From the IMG/VR virus record IMGVR_UViG_3300047545_000180, positions 1 to 64,000 of that record: a stretch of DNA of 64,000 nucleotides; one strand, written 5' to 3'. The position numbers were made by a program, and so were the translations under genes. Below, piece after piece: positions 35,163 through 44,678 of this stretch (the stretch's first letter is position 1; the number at the start of each line of letters is the position of its first letter). The notes beneath the pieces are model-generated. The model did no database searches. It had not been told where the DNA came from and worked only from the letters and a program-made list of their open reading frames with translations. This DNA is from a virus.

Positions 35163-35582
35163 ATGAGTAAAAAATTAAAGTTCCCTCCACGTCCAAACGC
35201 TATTGTAGCACTGTGCATTATTTCAGAATCTGAGATAGTAAAAGTAATGCCCAATTATTCAGCACAATTTGAAAATGAAGAGATTAAGTTTAAAAGCTTT
35301 CTATATTCTTTAGGTATGGACATAAGTAAACCGTTCGAACGCCAAGATGGATTGCAGCACCGTAATCGATTTAATGAAATTGTCGTGTGCAGTAGGTGGG
35401 TAGGTTCAGAACGTACAGATGAAGCTTGGATTTATGGTGGTTATGCTAGTAAAGCAGCTATTGATAAAGCAAGTGGGAGTAAGTTAACAGAAGATGTTTA
35501 CCGTTCAAGATATGAGACAGAAGATGCACAAGCGATGCTTGAAGCACGAGATAAATATACAACAATTACAGAGGATGAATAA
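35163..35582 (+). CDS. hypothetical protein
   Basis: 139-aa ORF upstream of nrdA. Confidence 0.5.
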   Translation: MSKKLKFPPRPNAIVALCIISESEIVKVMPNYSAQFENEEIKFKSFLYSLGMDISKPFERQDGLQHRNRFNEIVVCSRWVGSERTDEAWIYGGYASKAAIDKASGSKLTEDVYRSRYETEDAQAMLEARDKYTTITEDE

Positions 35583-37372
35583 TGCAAATTAAGAAAGATT
35601 ACACCCGAGATTCATTGTTTGATGAACTTGGTTTAAAACGATTAAAAGAATCGTACATGCGAGATGATGAACAGTCACCTCAAGATAGATTTGCTTTTGT
35701 ATCACAATCTTTCGCTACAGATCAATCACATGCTCAACGTCTTTATGACTATGCATCAAAACATTGGTTATCTTACTCTACACCAATTCTATCTTTTGGT
35801 CGAAATAAGCGTGGTTTACCGATTAGCTGTTACTTGAATTTCTTGGATGATACTTCTGAAGGTTTGGTCAACAATCTATCTGAAACAAACTGGTTGTCTA
35901 TGATGGGTGGTGGTGTAGGAGTACACGTAGGTATCCGTGGTTGTGATGAAAAATCTGCAGGTGTAATGCCTCATTTAAAAGTATATGACGCATCTAGTTT
36001 GGCATACAAGCAAGGCACAACTCGCAGGGGTTCTTATGCTGCTTACTTGGACATTAGTCATCCAGATATTACTCAGTTCTTGGAAATGCGTAAACCAACT
36101 GGTGATCAAAACATGCGTACACTTAATCTAAATCACGGTGTAAACATCAGTGACAAGTTCATGCAGATTATTGAAAAATGCATGATTGATCCAACAGCAG
36201 ATGATTCGTGGGAATTGGTGCAACCACACAGCGGTAAAGTAACTGAAGTTGTTTCGGCTAAAGCTCTTTGGATGAAACTGTTAGAATTGCGTATGCAAAC
36301 TGGTGAACCGTACCTTTGGTTTATTGATCGTGCAAATGAAGGACTACCTGAATATCAAAAAAGACTAGGATTGAAAAATCACGGTTCTAATTTGTGCAGT
36401 GAAATTTCATTAGCTACATCTGCAGAACGTACTGCGGTTTGTTGCTTGAGTTCAGTAAACTTAGAATACTTTGATACTTGGAAAAACGATTCTCAGTTCG
36501 TTCCTGATATATTAGAGATGCTCGACAACGTTATTGAATACTTCATTCAGAATGCCCCTGATGAAATTGCAAGAGCAAGATTCAGTGCAATTCAAGAAAG
36601 AAGCGTAGGTGTTGGTGCATTAGGTTATCATGCTTACTTACAAAAGAACAATATTGTCTTTGAAGGTGCAGTAGCTAAAAGTACCAATATGCGAATGTTT
36701 AAACACATTAGAACACAACTTGATGCTGCAAATGAAAAGTTAGCAATGTTGCGTGGTCCTTGTCCAGATGCTGCTACTATGAATATAATGAAGCGTTGTA
36801 GTCATGTTATGGCTGTTGCACCAAATGCATCTAGTTCAATCATCATGGGTAACACTTCACCAAGCATTGAACCTTACTCGGCAAACGCATACCGTCAAGA
36901 TACTACTTCTGGCGCATTCTTGAATAAGAATAGATTTCTAGATAAGATCATTAAAGAAGAAGCTTTAAAACATGAAGATTCTTGGTATGATGATACGTGG
37001 GCAAGTATTATTGCAGACGATGGTTCAGTACAGAATCTAGAATGGATGGATCAGTACACCAGAGATGTATTTAAAACTGCTGCTGAAATTGATCAACGTT
37101 GGATTGTTGAACAAACATCTGATAGACAACAATTTGTTGATCAAGCAATCAGTACGAATCTGTTCTTTAGACCTGATGTTAGTGTAAAATACTTACACGC
37201 AGTTCACTTTCAAGCTTGGAAGCAAGGATTAAAATCTTTGTACTATGTACGTAGTTCTAAATTACGTAAAGCTGATAAGGTAGGTCAGAAGGTTGAACGA
37301 AGAAGAATTGAAGATGAAATCGACATGACATCATTAGTAAACAACGAAACTTGTTTAGCGTGTGAAGGTTGA
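35582..37372 (+). CDS. nrdA: class I ribonucleotide reductase alpha subunit (short, no ATP cone)
   Basis: Active-site GSNLCSEISL (NxCxE) and a C-terminal cysteine pair CLACEG. Confidence 0.8.
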   Translation: MQIKKDYTRDSLFDELGLKRLKESYMRDDEQSPQDRFAFVSQSFATDQSHAQRLYDYASKHWLSYSTPILSFGRNKRGLPISCYLNFLDDTSEGLVNNLSETNWLSMMGGGVGVHVGIRGCDEKSAGVMPHLKVYDASSLAYKQGTTRRGSYAAYLDISHPDITQFLEMRKPTGDQNMRTLNLNHGVNISDKFMQIIEKCMIDPTADDSWELVQPHSGKVTEVVSAKALWMKLLELRMQTGEPYLWFIDRANEGLPEYQKRLGLKNHGSNLCSEISLATSAERTAVCCLSSVNLEYFDTWKNDSQFVPDILEMLDNVIEYFIQNAPDEIARARFSAIQERSVGVGALGYHAYLQKNNIVFEGAVAKSTNMRMFKHIRTQLDAANEKLAMLRGPCPDAATMNIMKRCSHVMAVAPNASSSIIMGNTSPSIEPYSANAYRQDTTSGAFLNKNRFLDKIIKEEALKHEDSWYDDTWASIIADDGSVQNLEWMDQYTRDVFKTAAEIDQRWIVEQTSDRQQFVDQAISTNLFFRPDVSVKYLHAVHFQAWKQGLKSLYYVRSSKLRKADKVGQKVERRRIEDEIDMTSLVNNETCLACEG

Positions 37373-37382
37373 TGTATAATAG

Positions 37383-37412
37383 GGGCTGCTTCGGCAGTCT
37401 CTTTCTATTTTA
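37383..37412 (+). terminator. rho-independent terminator
   Basis: GGGGCTGC-TTCG-GCAGTCT then CTTTCTATTTT. TGTATAAT lies just upstream. Confidence 0.55.
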
Positions 37413-37421
37413 AGGATATAA

Positions 37422-38393
37422 ATGAAAACAAAATTGAAACTTACAGATAAACGCAGTTACTTTAAACCGTTTAGCTATCCTTGGGCATATGATGCTTTCC
37501 TAATGTCTGAGAAGATGCATTGGTTACATACTGAAGTACCAATGATTGAAGACGTTAACGATTGGAAGAATAAGCTCAGTGAAAGTGAAAAGCAGTTTCT
37601 TACGCACATCTTTCGATTCTTTACACAAGGTGATATTGACGTAGCTGGTGCATATGTAACAAACTATCTACCAAATTTTCCTGCACCTGAAGTACGAATG
37701 ATGTTATCAAGTTTTGCAGCACGAGAAGCGATTCATATTGCATCTTATTCACATCTAATTGAAACATTGGGTATGCCAGAAACTACATACAATGAGTTTT
37801 TGCAATACGAAGAGATGAAAGCCAAACATGACTATATTGAATCTTTTGTAGTGCAAGATGAAAAATCAAAAGCTCAACAGATTGCCGTGTTTAGTGCTTT
37901 TACTGAAGGAATGCAATTGTTCAGTTCTTTTATTATGTTACTTAACTTTGCAAGATTCGGTAAGATGAAGGGTATGGGTCAGATCATTGTTTATTCAATT
38001 GCCGATGAGTCTCACCATACCGACAGTATGATTAAACTGTTTAGAGAATTCGTTAAAGAAAATAAACAGATTTGGACAGATGAACTAAAATCACAGTTAT
38101 ATACTATTGCGGAAACAATGGTTAAACTGGAAGACAAATTCATTGATTTAGCTTTTGGTGTAAATCAAATGCAAGGTTTAACCAAGGAAGAAGTCAAAAA
38201 CTATATTCGATATATCGCAGATCGAAGACTAATATCTTTAGGTTTAAAGGGTATATTTAAAATTAAGAAAAATCCATTACCTTGGGTTGAAGGAATGTTA
38301 GGTACAACTCACACTAATTTCTTTGAACAGAGGGTAACAGATTATGCTAAAGGAGCCTTAACAGGTGATTGGCAAGACGTGTGGGCTAGTTAA
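37422..38393 (+). CDS. nrdB: class I ribonucleotide reductase beta subunit
   Basis: Di-iron ligand pattern E..H / EAIHIASYSHL. 323 aa, adjacent to nrdA. Confidence 0.75.
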   Translation: MKTKLKLTDKRSYFKPFSYPWAYDAFLMSEKMHWLHTEVPMIEDVNDWKNKLSESEKQFLTHIFRFFTQGDIDVAGAYVTNYLPNFPAPEVRMMLSSFAAREAIHIASYSHLIETLGMPETTYNEFLQYEEMKAKHDYIESFVVQDEKSKAQQIAVFSAFTEGMQLFSSFIMLLNFARFGKMKGMGQIIVYSIADESHHTDSMIKLFREFVKENKQIWTDELKSQLYTIAETMVKLEDKFIDLAFGVNQMQGLTKEEVKNYIRYIADRRLISLGLKGIFKIKKNPLPWVEGMLGTTHTNFFEQRVTDYAKGALTGDWQDVWAS

Positions 38394-38429
38394 TAGTACA
38401 ACGATAAGATGAATTATTACATATTTATC

Positions 38430-38458
38430 TTGCATTACTGACAACAATGTGTTATAAT
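38430..38458 (+). promoter_or_regulatory. sigma70-type promoter TTGCAT-17-TATAAT
   Basis: -35 at 38430-38435, -10 at 38453-38458, in a 165-bp AT-rich spacer. Confidence 0.5.
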
Positions 38459-38559
38459 AAAATATATACAATAGTTTTAGAGTAATTAACTAAAATGACA
38501 AAATATTTTCTCCGTAGTATTTTTGTATATATTTTACTTATACGGCACAAGGAGAGACA

Positions 38560-39564
38560 ATGCAAGATAAAAATTACTGTGTATATTTTCACAGGCGTAA
38601 AGATACTGATGAAATTATATATGTAGGTGAAGGAAGAAAAGCCAGAGCAAAACTAGTTAGACTTGATAAAGGTAAAAATGCAAAGCACCAAGAGATAGTC
38701 AAAACAGTAGGCGTTTATTATGAAGTTTATAAAGATAATCTAACAAAACCTGAAGCAGAACACTTAGAACAATATTTAATCAAGAGTCTCAAGGAAGCAG
38801 GTACACCTATAACGAATGTAAACAGTAAGGCTACCGCATCTACAACTTACACAAGAGAAGAATTTGAAAATTTATTCTATGTTGATCCAACAAGTCCTAG
38901 TGGGTTGCGTTGGAAAGAGGATCGAAGAAATATTAAAGATGGTTACATTCTTGCAAAGAAAGACTCTGTAGCATGTTCTAAAAAGAAAACAACAGGATAT
39001 TGGTATTATAAAAATAAATCATCTCATAGAATTGTTTATGCGCTTGTTTACGGAGAGTGCCCTTCAGATTTGACAATTGATCACATAGATTGTAATAAAG
39101 ATAACAATTCAATTGAAAATCTTAGGTTACTCACTCGCAGTGAAAATTCAAGTAGAGGTAATATTTACAAAGTTATGCCGAGTGGTGAAGACGTTTCAAC
39201 AGCGAAAGTCACAAATGCTCAGGTGCTTGAGATGTACAAACTATTTGAACAGTTTAGAACTAACGCAGAAATTGCTGCACTTTTCACTCTCCACGAAAGA
39301 TACGTATCTTTAATCCGACACGGTAAACGCTGGAAGAAACTTTATAAAGAATATGGGAAGATGTTCCCAGAGTCTTTTACAGAGACAACAACAACTTATT
39401 CTCAAATTGAAGAAGCTTGGTATTTAATCACATTGGGATTAACTAACAAAGATGTTGCTGCTGCTACAGGTATTGAAGTTAGTACAGTATCGAGAATTAG
39501 ACATAAAAAGTTATTTAAAAATTTAATTGAAAGGATAGAAAATGAAAAATCTAGTAGTATTTAG
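38560..39564 (+). CDS. GIY-YIG homing endonuclease with a C-terminal HNH_3-like/DNA-binding region
   Basis: CVYFHRRKDTDEIIYVGEGRKARA (GIY-YIG). TIDHIDCNKDNNSIENLRLLTRSEN. Confidence 0.75.
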   Translation: MQDKNYCVYFHRRKDTDEIIYVGEGRKARAKLVRLDKGKNAKHQEIVKTVGVYYEVYKDNLTKPEAEHLEQYLIKSLKEAGTPITNVNSKATASTTYTREEFENLFYVDPTSPSGLRWKEDRRNIKDGYILAKKDSVACSKKKTTGYWYYKNKSSHRIVYALVYGECPSDLTIDHIDCNKDNNSIENLRLLTRSENSSRGNIYKVMPSGEDVSTAKVTNAQVLEMYKLFEQFRTNAEIAALFTLHERYVSLIRHGKRWKKLYKEYGKMFPESFTETTTTYSQIEEAWYLITLGLTNKDVAAATGIEVSTVSRIRHKKLFKNLIERIENEKSSSI

Positions 39565-39784
39565 CGCCCACTGGTGCGGCCCTTGTCAACAACTGAAGAA
39601 AAAACTTCAAGATGTTGACCTCGGTATTCCTGTCAGCACAATTGACATTGATGCAGACCCTACAGCTACTGTTGAGTATAATATTCGTTCAGTACCTACG
39701 CTGTTACTAATAGATGATATGCAAGTTGTAAAACGCAAGACTGGTAACATGTCAGTAGAACAATTGAAAGAGTTCTGTAAGTAA
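39542..39784 (+). CDS. thioredoxin/glutaredoxin-like protein
   Basis: WCGPCQ active site; 80 aa; next to nrdAB. Confidence 0.75.
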   Translation: MKNLVVFSAHWCGPCQQLKKKLQDVDLGIPVSTIDIDADPTATVEYNIRSVPTLLLIDDMQVVKRKTGNMSVEQLKEFCK

Positions 39785-39802
39785 AGTATAGACGAAAAAA
39801 TA

Positions 39803-39848
39803 CCCCGTAAGTTCCAACTAAGGAGCCTACGGGGTTGTCTTTTATTTG
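39803..39848. terminator. bidirectional terminator between convergent modules
   Basis: CCCCGTA (39803-39809) / TACGGGG (39828-39834) stem with T-rich runs on both strands. Confidence 0.6.
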
Positions 39849-40348
39849 CGATAACTATCTAGCTGATCTTTTACAGTATCATACTGCTGATAACATGCAA
39901 GTAAGTGCGTTTTTAATTCTTCGGTATCTCTAGCGAACCGGATAAGAACTGCTGCATCATCTCTATATAATTGCGCTCCAGTAGCTCCTTTGGGGCTTTC
40001 TGCATTACAGGTACTTGAGGTAGAATTGCTTGTGGTACTTCTTTCGGGACGGTTGAGCAAGCTTGCAATAGTAGTATTATACTTACGATCAATAGCTTTG
40101 ATTTGAGCATCTTTTTTTCCTTTGATAGCTTGCACCTTATCTTTTAATTCAGATTCAGCTTTGAGGCTTTTAATCTCAAGTTCTTGTATTTTTTTATTAT
40201 ATATTAAAACCTGTTCAGCAACTGCTTTATCTACGGCTTTATTAATTTGCCAAACATGAGTTAAGAATACTGCTGTAATTAAACTTATAATAATAACTAT
40301 CTTGACCCATATTAATTGCATATTAATCTCCGATTTATTATTTACCAA
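39842..40348 (-). CDS. i-spanin (Rz-like)
   Basis: N-terminal TM helix IVIIISLITAVFLTHVW followed by coiled coil. Immediately downstream of the endolysin. Confidence 0.65.
   Translation of the reverse strand: MVNNKSEINMQLIWVKIVIIISLITAVFLTHVWQINKAVDKAVAEQVLIYNKKIQELEIKSLKAESELKDKVQAIKGKKDAQIKAIDRKYNTTIASLLNRPERSTTSNSTSSTCNAESPKGATGAQLYRDDAAVLIRFARDTEELKTHLLACYQQYDTVKDQLDSYRK
39913..40110 (-). CDS. o-spanin (Rz1-like) lipoprotein, fully embedded in the +1 frame of the i-spanin gene
   Basis: Lipobox LLLQAC, proline-rich mature region VPKEVPQAILPQVPV. ORF lies entirely inside 39842..40348 in another frame. Confidence 0.6.
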   Translation of the reverse strand: MLKSKLLIVSIILLLQACSTVPKEVPQAILPQVPVMQKAPKELLERNYIEMMQQFLSGSLEIPKN

Positions 40349-40817
40349 TACAAGTATTATATTCTTCAGTTCTACGTTTAGTTAATCCCGGTAAAGTATT
40401 ACCTTTGAACTTATTAAATTTTAGAATCTCTTTACAAGCACCTTCATAATCATAGGCTATTAACTTCTTAGATAAAGTACTTTTACAAAATGCATTTGCA
40501 CCGATATTATATGTAAGGGAAACATATGCGTCAAACTCATACTGATACATTGGCACAGGAGCGCATCTTCTAACAGCATCTTCAAAGACCTCGACATGTT
40601 CACCAAGGCGTTTTAAAGAGGCTACAGGCGTTGTTCTCTGCCCTAGTGCTACCCTACTACCATCAGAGTTAGTTGTGCTGCCAAAACCGATTGTAGCGAC
40701 ATCTCCCGGTACTGGTATGTAAGCAGTGTCACGATAACCTTCATGAGATGCAATACCAATTAAACCACCTGCAGATAACACAAGACCTGCAATTACTGCT
40801 CTAGTTTTATTCTTCAT
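40338..40817 (-). CDS. SAR endolysin, T4 lysozyme (GH24) family
   Basis: Gly/Ala-rich weakly hydrophobic N-terminus AVIAGLVLSAGGLIGIAS. Then HEGYRDTAYIPVPGDVATIGFGST catalytic E...D...T triad, as in P21 R. Confidence 0.7.
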   Translation of the reverse strand: MKNKTRAVIAGLVLSAGGLIGIASHEGYRDTAYIPVPGDVATIGFGSTTNSDGSRVALGQRTTPVASLKRLGEHVEVFEDAVRRCAPVPMYQYEFDAYVSLTYNIGANAFCKSTLSKKLIAYDYEGACKEILKFNKFKGNTLPGLTKRRTEEYNTCIGK

Positions 40818-41032
40818 TCTATATCCTTTTGCGCTACCAGTCTAGCTATAAATGCACCTGATACTGCAACAAAACTTAATACTGCAAATGTACCTCTGTC
40901 AAAATAATCAAAGAATAAAGGTAAGATAACTTCGCTTGCAGATAATACACCAGCTAGAATAATAAACTTAATACTCCAAGCTTTACTTATAATTTCTTTC
41001 CAGTTGGTATACAGTTTCATATCATAATCCAA
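40814..41032 (-). CDS. class II holin / pinholin-like protein (two TM domains)
   Basis: 72 aa. TM1 SIKFIILAGVLSASEVILPLFF, TM2 FAVLSFVAVSGAFIARLVA. Adjacent to the SAR endolysin. Confidence 0.5.
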   Translation of the reverse strand: MDYDMKLYTNWKEIISKAWSIKFIILAGVLSASEVILPLFFDYFDRGTFAVLSFVAVSGAFIARLVAQKDIE

Positions 41033-41249
41033 TTATCATTTTAAGAACATTTGTAATACCCATTGACTGAGTAAGTACAACTAATACTGCACCCATCGCT
41101 AAATATTTAATCTGATTTAATGTCTTCTCAATACCTGTTAGAGAATTTCTTAGATCAGTAGAAATATCTTGAAGTTTTTTCAGTTCTTCAGCATGGTCTT
41201 CTACTTTTAATTCTAGTTTAATCACACGATGTTCAATTTGTTCCGCCAT
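41022..41249 (-). CDS. membrane protein of the lysis cassette (possible antiholin/holin)
   Basis: 75 aa. Charged helical N-terminus, single C-terminal TM. Confidence 0.4.
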   Translation of the reverse strand: MAEQIEHRVIKLELKVEDHAEELKKLQDISTDLRNSLTGIEKTLNQIKYLAMGAVLVVLTQSMGITNVLKMIIGL

Positions 41250-41268
41250 ACTAATACTTTCAAATTCT

Positions 41269-41300
41269 GTAAATAAAATAGGCCACCCGAAGGTAGCCTA
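41269..41300 (-). terminator. rho-independent terminator (minus strand)
   Basis: TAGGCTACC-TTCG-GGTGGCCTA followed by TATTTTATTT on the minus strand. Confidence 0.55.
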
Positions 41301-41348
41301 ATGATTTGTATATTATAACATAACTATCTATTAAAATCAATGTTTTAA

Positions 41349-42191
41349 TTAGATTTCTTCTAAAGTTAACGATGAAGAATACAAAGAATAAAACTGATGT
41401 GTCAATACTGATAAGTTATTAAACTTAGCATATATCTGATAGCTTTGTTCTTTTACAACATCATCATCCAAAGGAAATACCGATACAAATAAAGCTTTAC
41501 GTAAACCGTTACCTCTTATTAGACTTAACATCTTAGGTCTATCGTTTTCTGTAATAGAGTCTAAATTAAATGTCAGTGTTTTGTGAATAGTACCATTTGA
41601 TGTAATCAAATTTCCAGCTTCAGTTCTGCGTTGTTCACTGGTGTCTAAATACCCTAGCTCAACACCGAAACTTGCATTGATAGAAGGCGACCAATATGCA
41701 CCACAGACAATACGACTAAGTTCAATATAACCTGCAGGATTTGTTGTATCTGAAATTATAACTTCCATCTTTCTTGCTGAAGTTGCATTAAACCAACTTC
41801 GTGCATAAGTACCTCCACCGTAGTTATAAGCATTTACACCTGCAGTAGAAATGTTACTCCAGCCGCCGAATAAATCAGTTGGTGTATAAGCTCCTGCGTT
41901 TACAGCACCCGTATCTAATACAGGTGTAGTATCTGTAGTAAGCGTATACAGTTTAACTCTAATAGTAGCAGATGAAGTTAGATTACAAAATGGTAAAATA
42001 ACACAAGATAATGATTGTGATGTAGTCCATGTTGCTGTTACAGTTGCTGTTGTTGAAGTAGACCTCCAGACTAAACCTTTAAGTTCTTTTTGTAGATTAC
42101 TAACAGGAAAACCTGATGTTGTACTAGATGCTGTTAATGTTGAAGAATCTATTACATTGTCATATAGTATTCTTAAATTGTTTTGTGCCAT
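41349..42191 (-). CDS. tail fiber-associated structural protein
   Basis: Ser/Thr-rich 280-aa protein adjacent to the fiber gene. Confidence 0.45.
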   Translation of the reverse strand: MAQNNLRILYDNVIDSSTLTASSTTSGFPVSNLQKELKGLVWRSTSTTATVTATWTTSQSLSCVILPFCNLTSSATIRVKLYTLTTDTTPVLDTGAVNAGAYTPTDLFGGWSNISTAGVNAYNYGGGTYARSWFNATSARKMEVIISDTTNPAGYIELSRIVCGAYWSPSINASFGVELGYLDTSEQRRTEAGNLITSNGTIHKTLTFNLDSITENDRPKMLSLIRGNGLRKALFVSVFPLDDDVVKEQSYQIYAKFNNLSVLTHQFYSLYSSSLTLEEI

Positions 42192-42200
42192 AAATTTCCT

Positions 42201-44678
42201 TTAACCACAGATGTAAATACAGGCTATCATTTTGATATCTGCAGAATTAGAGAAGACTGCCGATTCTCTTGCTTTTGCAACCGTATAAGATCGAACTAAA
42301 TCATCAGATTGTTTCATACCTTTTCCAGCCATACTAGATGTGACAATTAAATCACCTGCAGCAATGTTTCCATTTTCACCACAAACATTTATTTGACCTT
42401 CTCCTAGAGCATTAATCGATACTACTTTATACTCTGAATTAAGTGCATCAATATCGTAATCAGCTTTCAACCTTAAACCAAAAACTTCTTTTGTTGAATC
42501 TTGAGTTTGTTTTTCATAACTATATGATTCCCATAAAGCACTGGGCGACATTTCAACAATAGGTGAACTTGTATTGAATATACCAATTGCAACTTGATTA
42601 ACTTGCGTTGATTTAGAGCATTTAAATAAGCAGTTTGAAATATCCAGTTTATAAAAAACCTCTTTATCTACAAGGATGTCACCTACCTCAAAGTCTTCAG
42701 TTTTATTGATCAATGCTTCGTGAATACCAGTAAAAGGTGCAGTACCGTCTGTGATCTTAATCTGACCACCACCAGAAGGAGAATAGAATGAATATGCTCC
42801 GGGTGAAATCCAACCTTGTTTTGAAGTAGAAGTGTTAAAGAACTTTGCAGCGCCACCACCTGTTCCTCTATTATATACTTCTAGGCATTGTAGATTGTTA
42901 GAAGCCTGATCAAACGTAATCAGAGGATCAGTAGTACCTGATATAGCAGAAGATTCGTATACCTGTAATCCTTCAAGACTACCTGCTGTTCTTCTGACAA
43001 CCATAGCTGGTAACGAAGAACCTCCAATAGTTACTGTTCCACCCCATCCAGTACCACTAATAGTACCACCAGAGAAGTTACCAGCTGAGACAAATTTTCC
43101 ATTCAGTGTAACCGTTGATCCGTTATAAGTAATGTTGTTAGTAGAACTACCAAAAGCAAAAGTACCGTTTGCGTACAGTATACCACCAGAGCCAGTCATT
43201 GTGGTACCACTGATTGCAGCAGTATTAGATTTAAAATCACCTGTTACTGTCAAAGAACCTGTGTTAGTAGAAATCGCCTGTAAATTACCAACTTTTAAAT
43301 TGCTTAAATAAGGTACATTCCAGACTGTATTATTAGTTGCTGGAGAATAAATACCATCAGATTGATAAACAGATTCACCCGCTACAATTGTTGGTGCTGT
43401 AGCTTGCCATACTGTACCACTACCCCAAGAACCGTTTGGTGGGTAACTCGTGCTACCAGTTGTTGTAATAGTTGTTGGTGTTGTGGCTAAAGAGCTTAAT
43501 GTAGTTTTCGTATAGCAAATTCGTGCAGAGTTTCCAGTAGTACCTGTACCACCTACAGCGCCTTGTTCTACAACAGGTGTTGTTTCTTCATCCAATTGAA
43601 CAGTTGTACCACCAGCAAGATATAATCTTACTCTAACAAAGTTAACACCTGCAAGAATTGTATATGTATAGCTAGATTGATCAACTGAAGAAGTATATCT
43701 GTTTGTATAACTAACACCATCTGTACTTGTTGATACAATAAATCTACCAGAGTAAGCAGTGGGTGTTCCAGAGCCAAGAGTTGAAAATGCAGAGAAAGTA
43801 ATAGTTGTTGGATTATATACACCTGCAGTGCTTCTATAGATTGCCGCAATAGAGCGAGTGATAGAATATACGGTGGCGTCTGCACCTTGAAAACTTGGTG
43901 TAATAGTTGCATCTGTAATCAGTGTTGAGGTAACACCTGCTGCACTTCTAATATAAGCAGTAATGCGATATACAGTTACCGTTGTTAAATTACCCGCCCA
44001 ATCTCCTAGAGTACATGAGGTAGTAGTAGCGCCTGTAATAGTCGGTTCAGTTAGTGTATCACCAGACAATAATGTAATGTTTACTCTGTATGATCCATTT
44101 GTAGTAGGATAAGTTGTAGCTTGTGTATTACTATCTAGCAATAGAGCAGTACTTCCTTCATAAATAGTTACAACACCTCCACTACCTGTCCAAGTTTCTA
44201 CACCAGTACCATTCACAGGTACGTTATGACTGTCATTGCTGTAGTCAATTACAATAGGGCTTATACCTATAGTTCCGTCTGCGCCATTAAATACTTTGGT
44301 TACAGTAAGATCAGAAGTATAAATACCACCAAGATAATTTAAAGTAGCTCTAATTACAAGTACATCTGAGGTCATGTTTGCATAAGCTAAAGTCCATGTA
44401 TTACCTGATTGACCACTTGTGCTAGACACCGTACCAGATACAACAGACCAAGCAACTGTACCAGATATCTGACCTTGAAACTTAGCTTCTATCGCATAGC
44501 TTGAAGGTGTAGCTACTGTATCTACAACTTTAAAAACAGGAGCAGGTGTAGAAAAATAAATAAAATTAGACGAACTAGTACCAAGCCTGATAGCAGACGC
44601 TTGTAGTATCTTATCTTTATCGTTAATAATAGTTGCCATTAAATCAGCACCTCCAATGTTATAAAGCCAATATCCCAA
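42201..44678 (-). CDS. tail fiber protein (825 aa)
   Basis: Long Gly/Thr/Ser-rich repetitive beta-structure protein. Confidence 0.55.
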   Translation of the reverse strand: MGYWLYNIGGADLMATIINDKDKILQASAIRLGTSSSNFIYFSTPAPVFKVVDTVATPSSYAIEAKFQGQISGTVAWSVVSGTVSSTSGQSGNTWTLAYANMTSDVLVIRATLNYLGGIYTSDLTVTKVFNGADGTIGISPIVIDYSNDSHNVPVNGTGVETWTGSGGVVTIYEGSTALLLDSNTQATTYPTTNGSYRVNITLLSGDTLTEPTITGATTTSCTLGDWAGNLTTVTVYRITAYIRSAAGVTSTLITDATITPSFQGADATVYSITRSIAAIYRSTAGVYNPTTITFSAFSTLGSGTPTAYSGRFIVSTSTDGVSYTNRYTSSVDQSSYTYTILAGVNFVRVRLYLAGGTTVQLDEETTPVVEQGAVGGTGTTGNSARICYTKTTLSSLATTPTTITTTGSTSYPPNGSWGSGTVWQATAPTIVAGESVYQSDGIYSPATNNTVWNVPYLSNLKVGNLQAISTNTGSLTVTGDFKSNTAAISGTTMTGSGGILYANGTFAFGSSTNNITYNGSTVTLNGKFVSAGNFSGGTISGTGWGGTVTIGGSSLPAMVVRRTAGSLEGLQVYESSAISGTTDPLITFDQASNNLQCLEVYNRGTGGGAAKFFNTSTSKQGWISPGAYSFYSPSGGGQIKITDGTAPFTGIHEALINKTEDFEVGDILVDKEVFYKLDISNCLFKCSKSTQVNQVAIGIFNTSSPIVEMSPSALWESYSYEKQTQDSTKEVFGLRLKADYDIDALNSEYKVVSINALGEGQINVCGENGNIAAGDLIVTSSMAGKGMKQSDDLVRSYTVAKARESAVFSNSADIKMIACIYICG

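Noticed and set aside
42201-44678. C-terminal intramolecular chaperone (S74 peptidase) domain on the 825-aa tail fiber
   Set aside because: The C-terminal 120 aa differ in composition from the Thr/Gly-rich shaft. I could not recognise the conserved Ser-Lys autoproteolysis motif by eye, so I left it uncalled.
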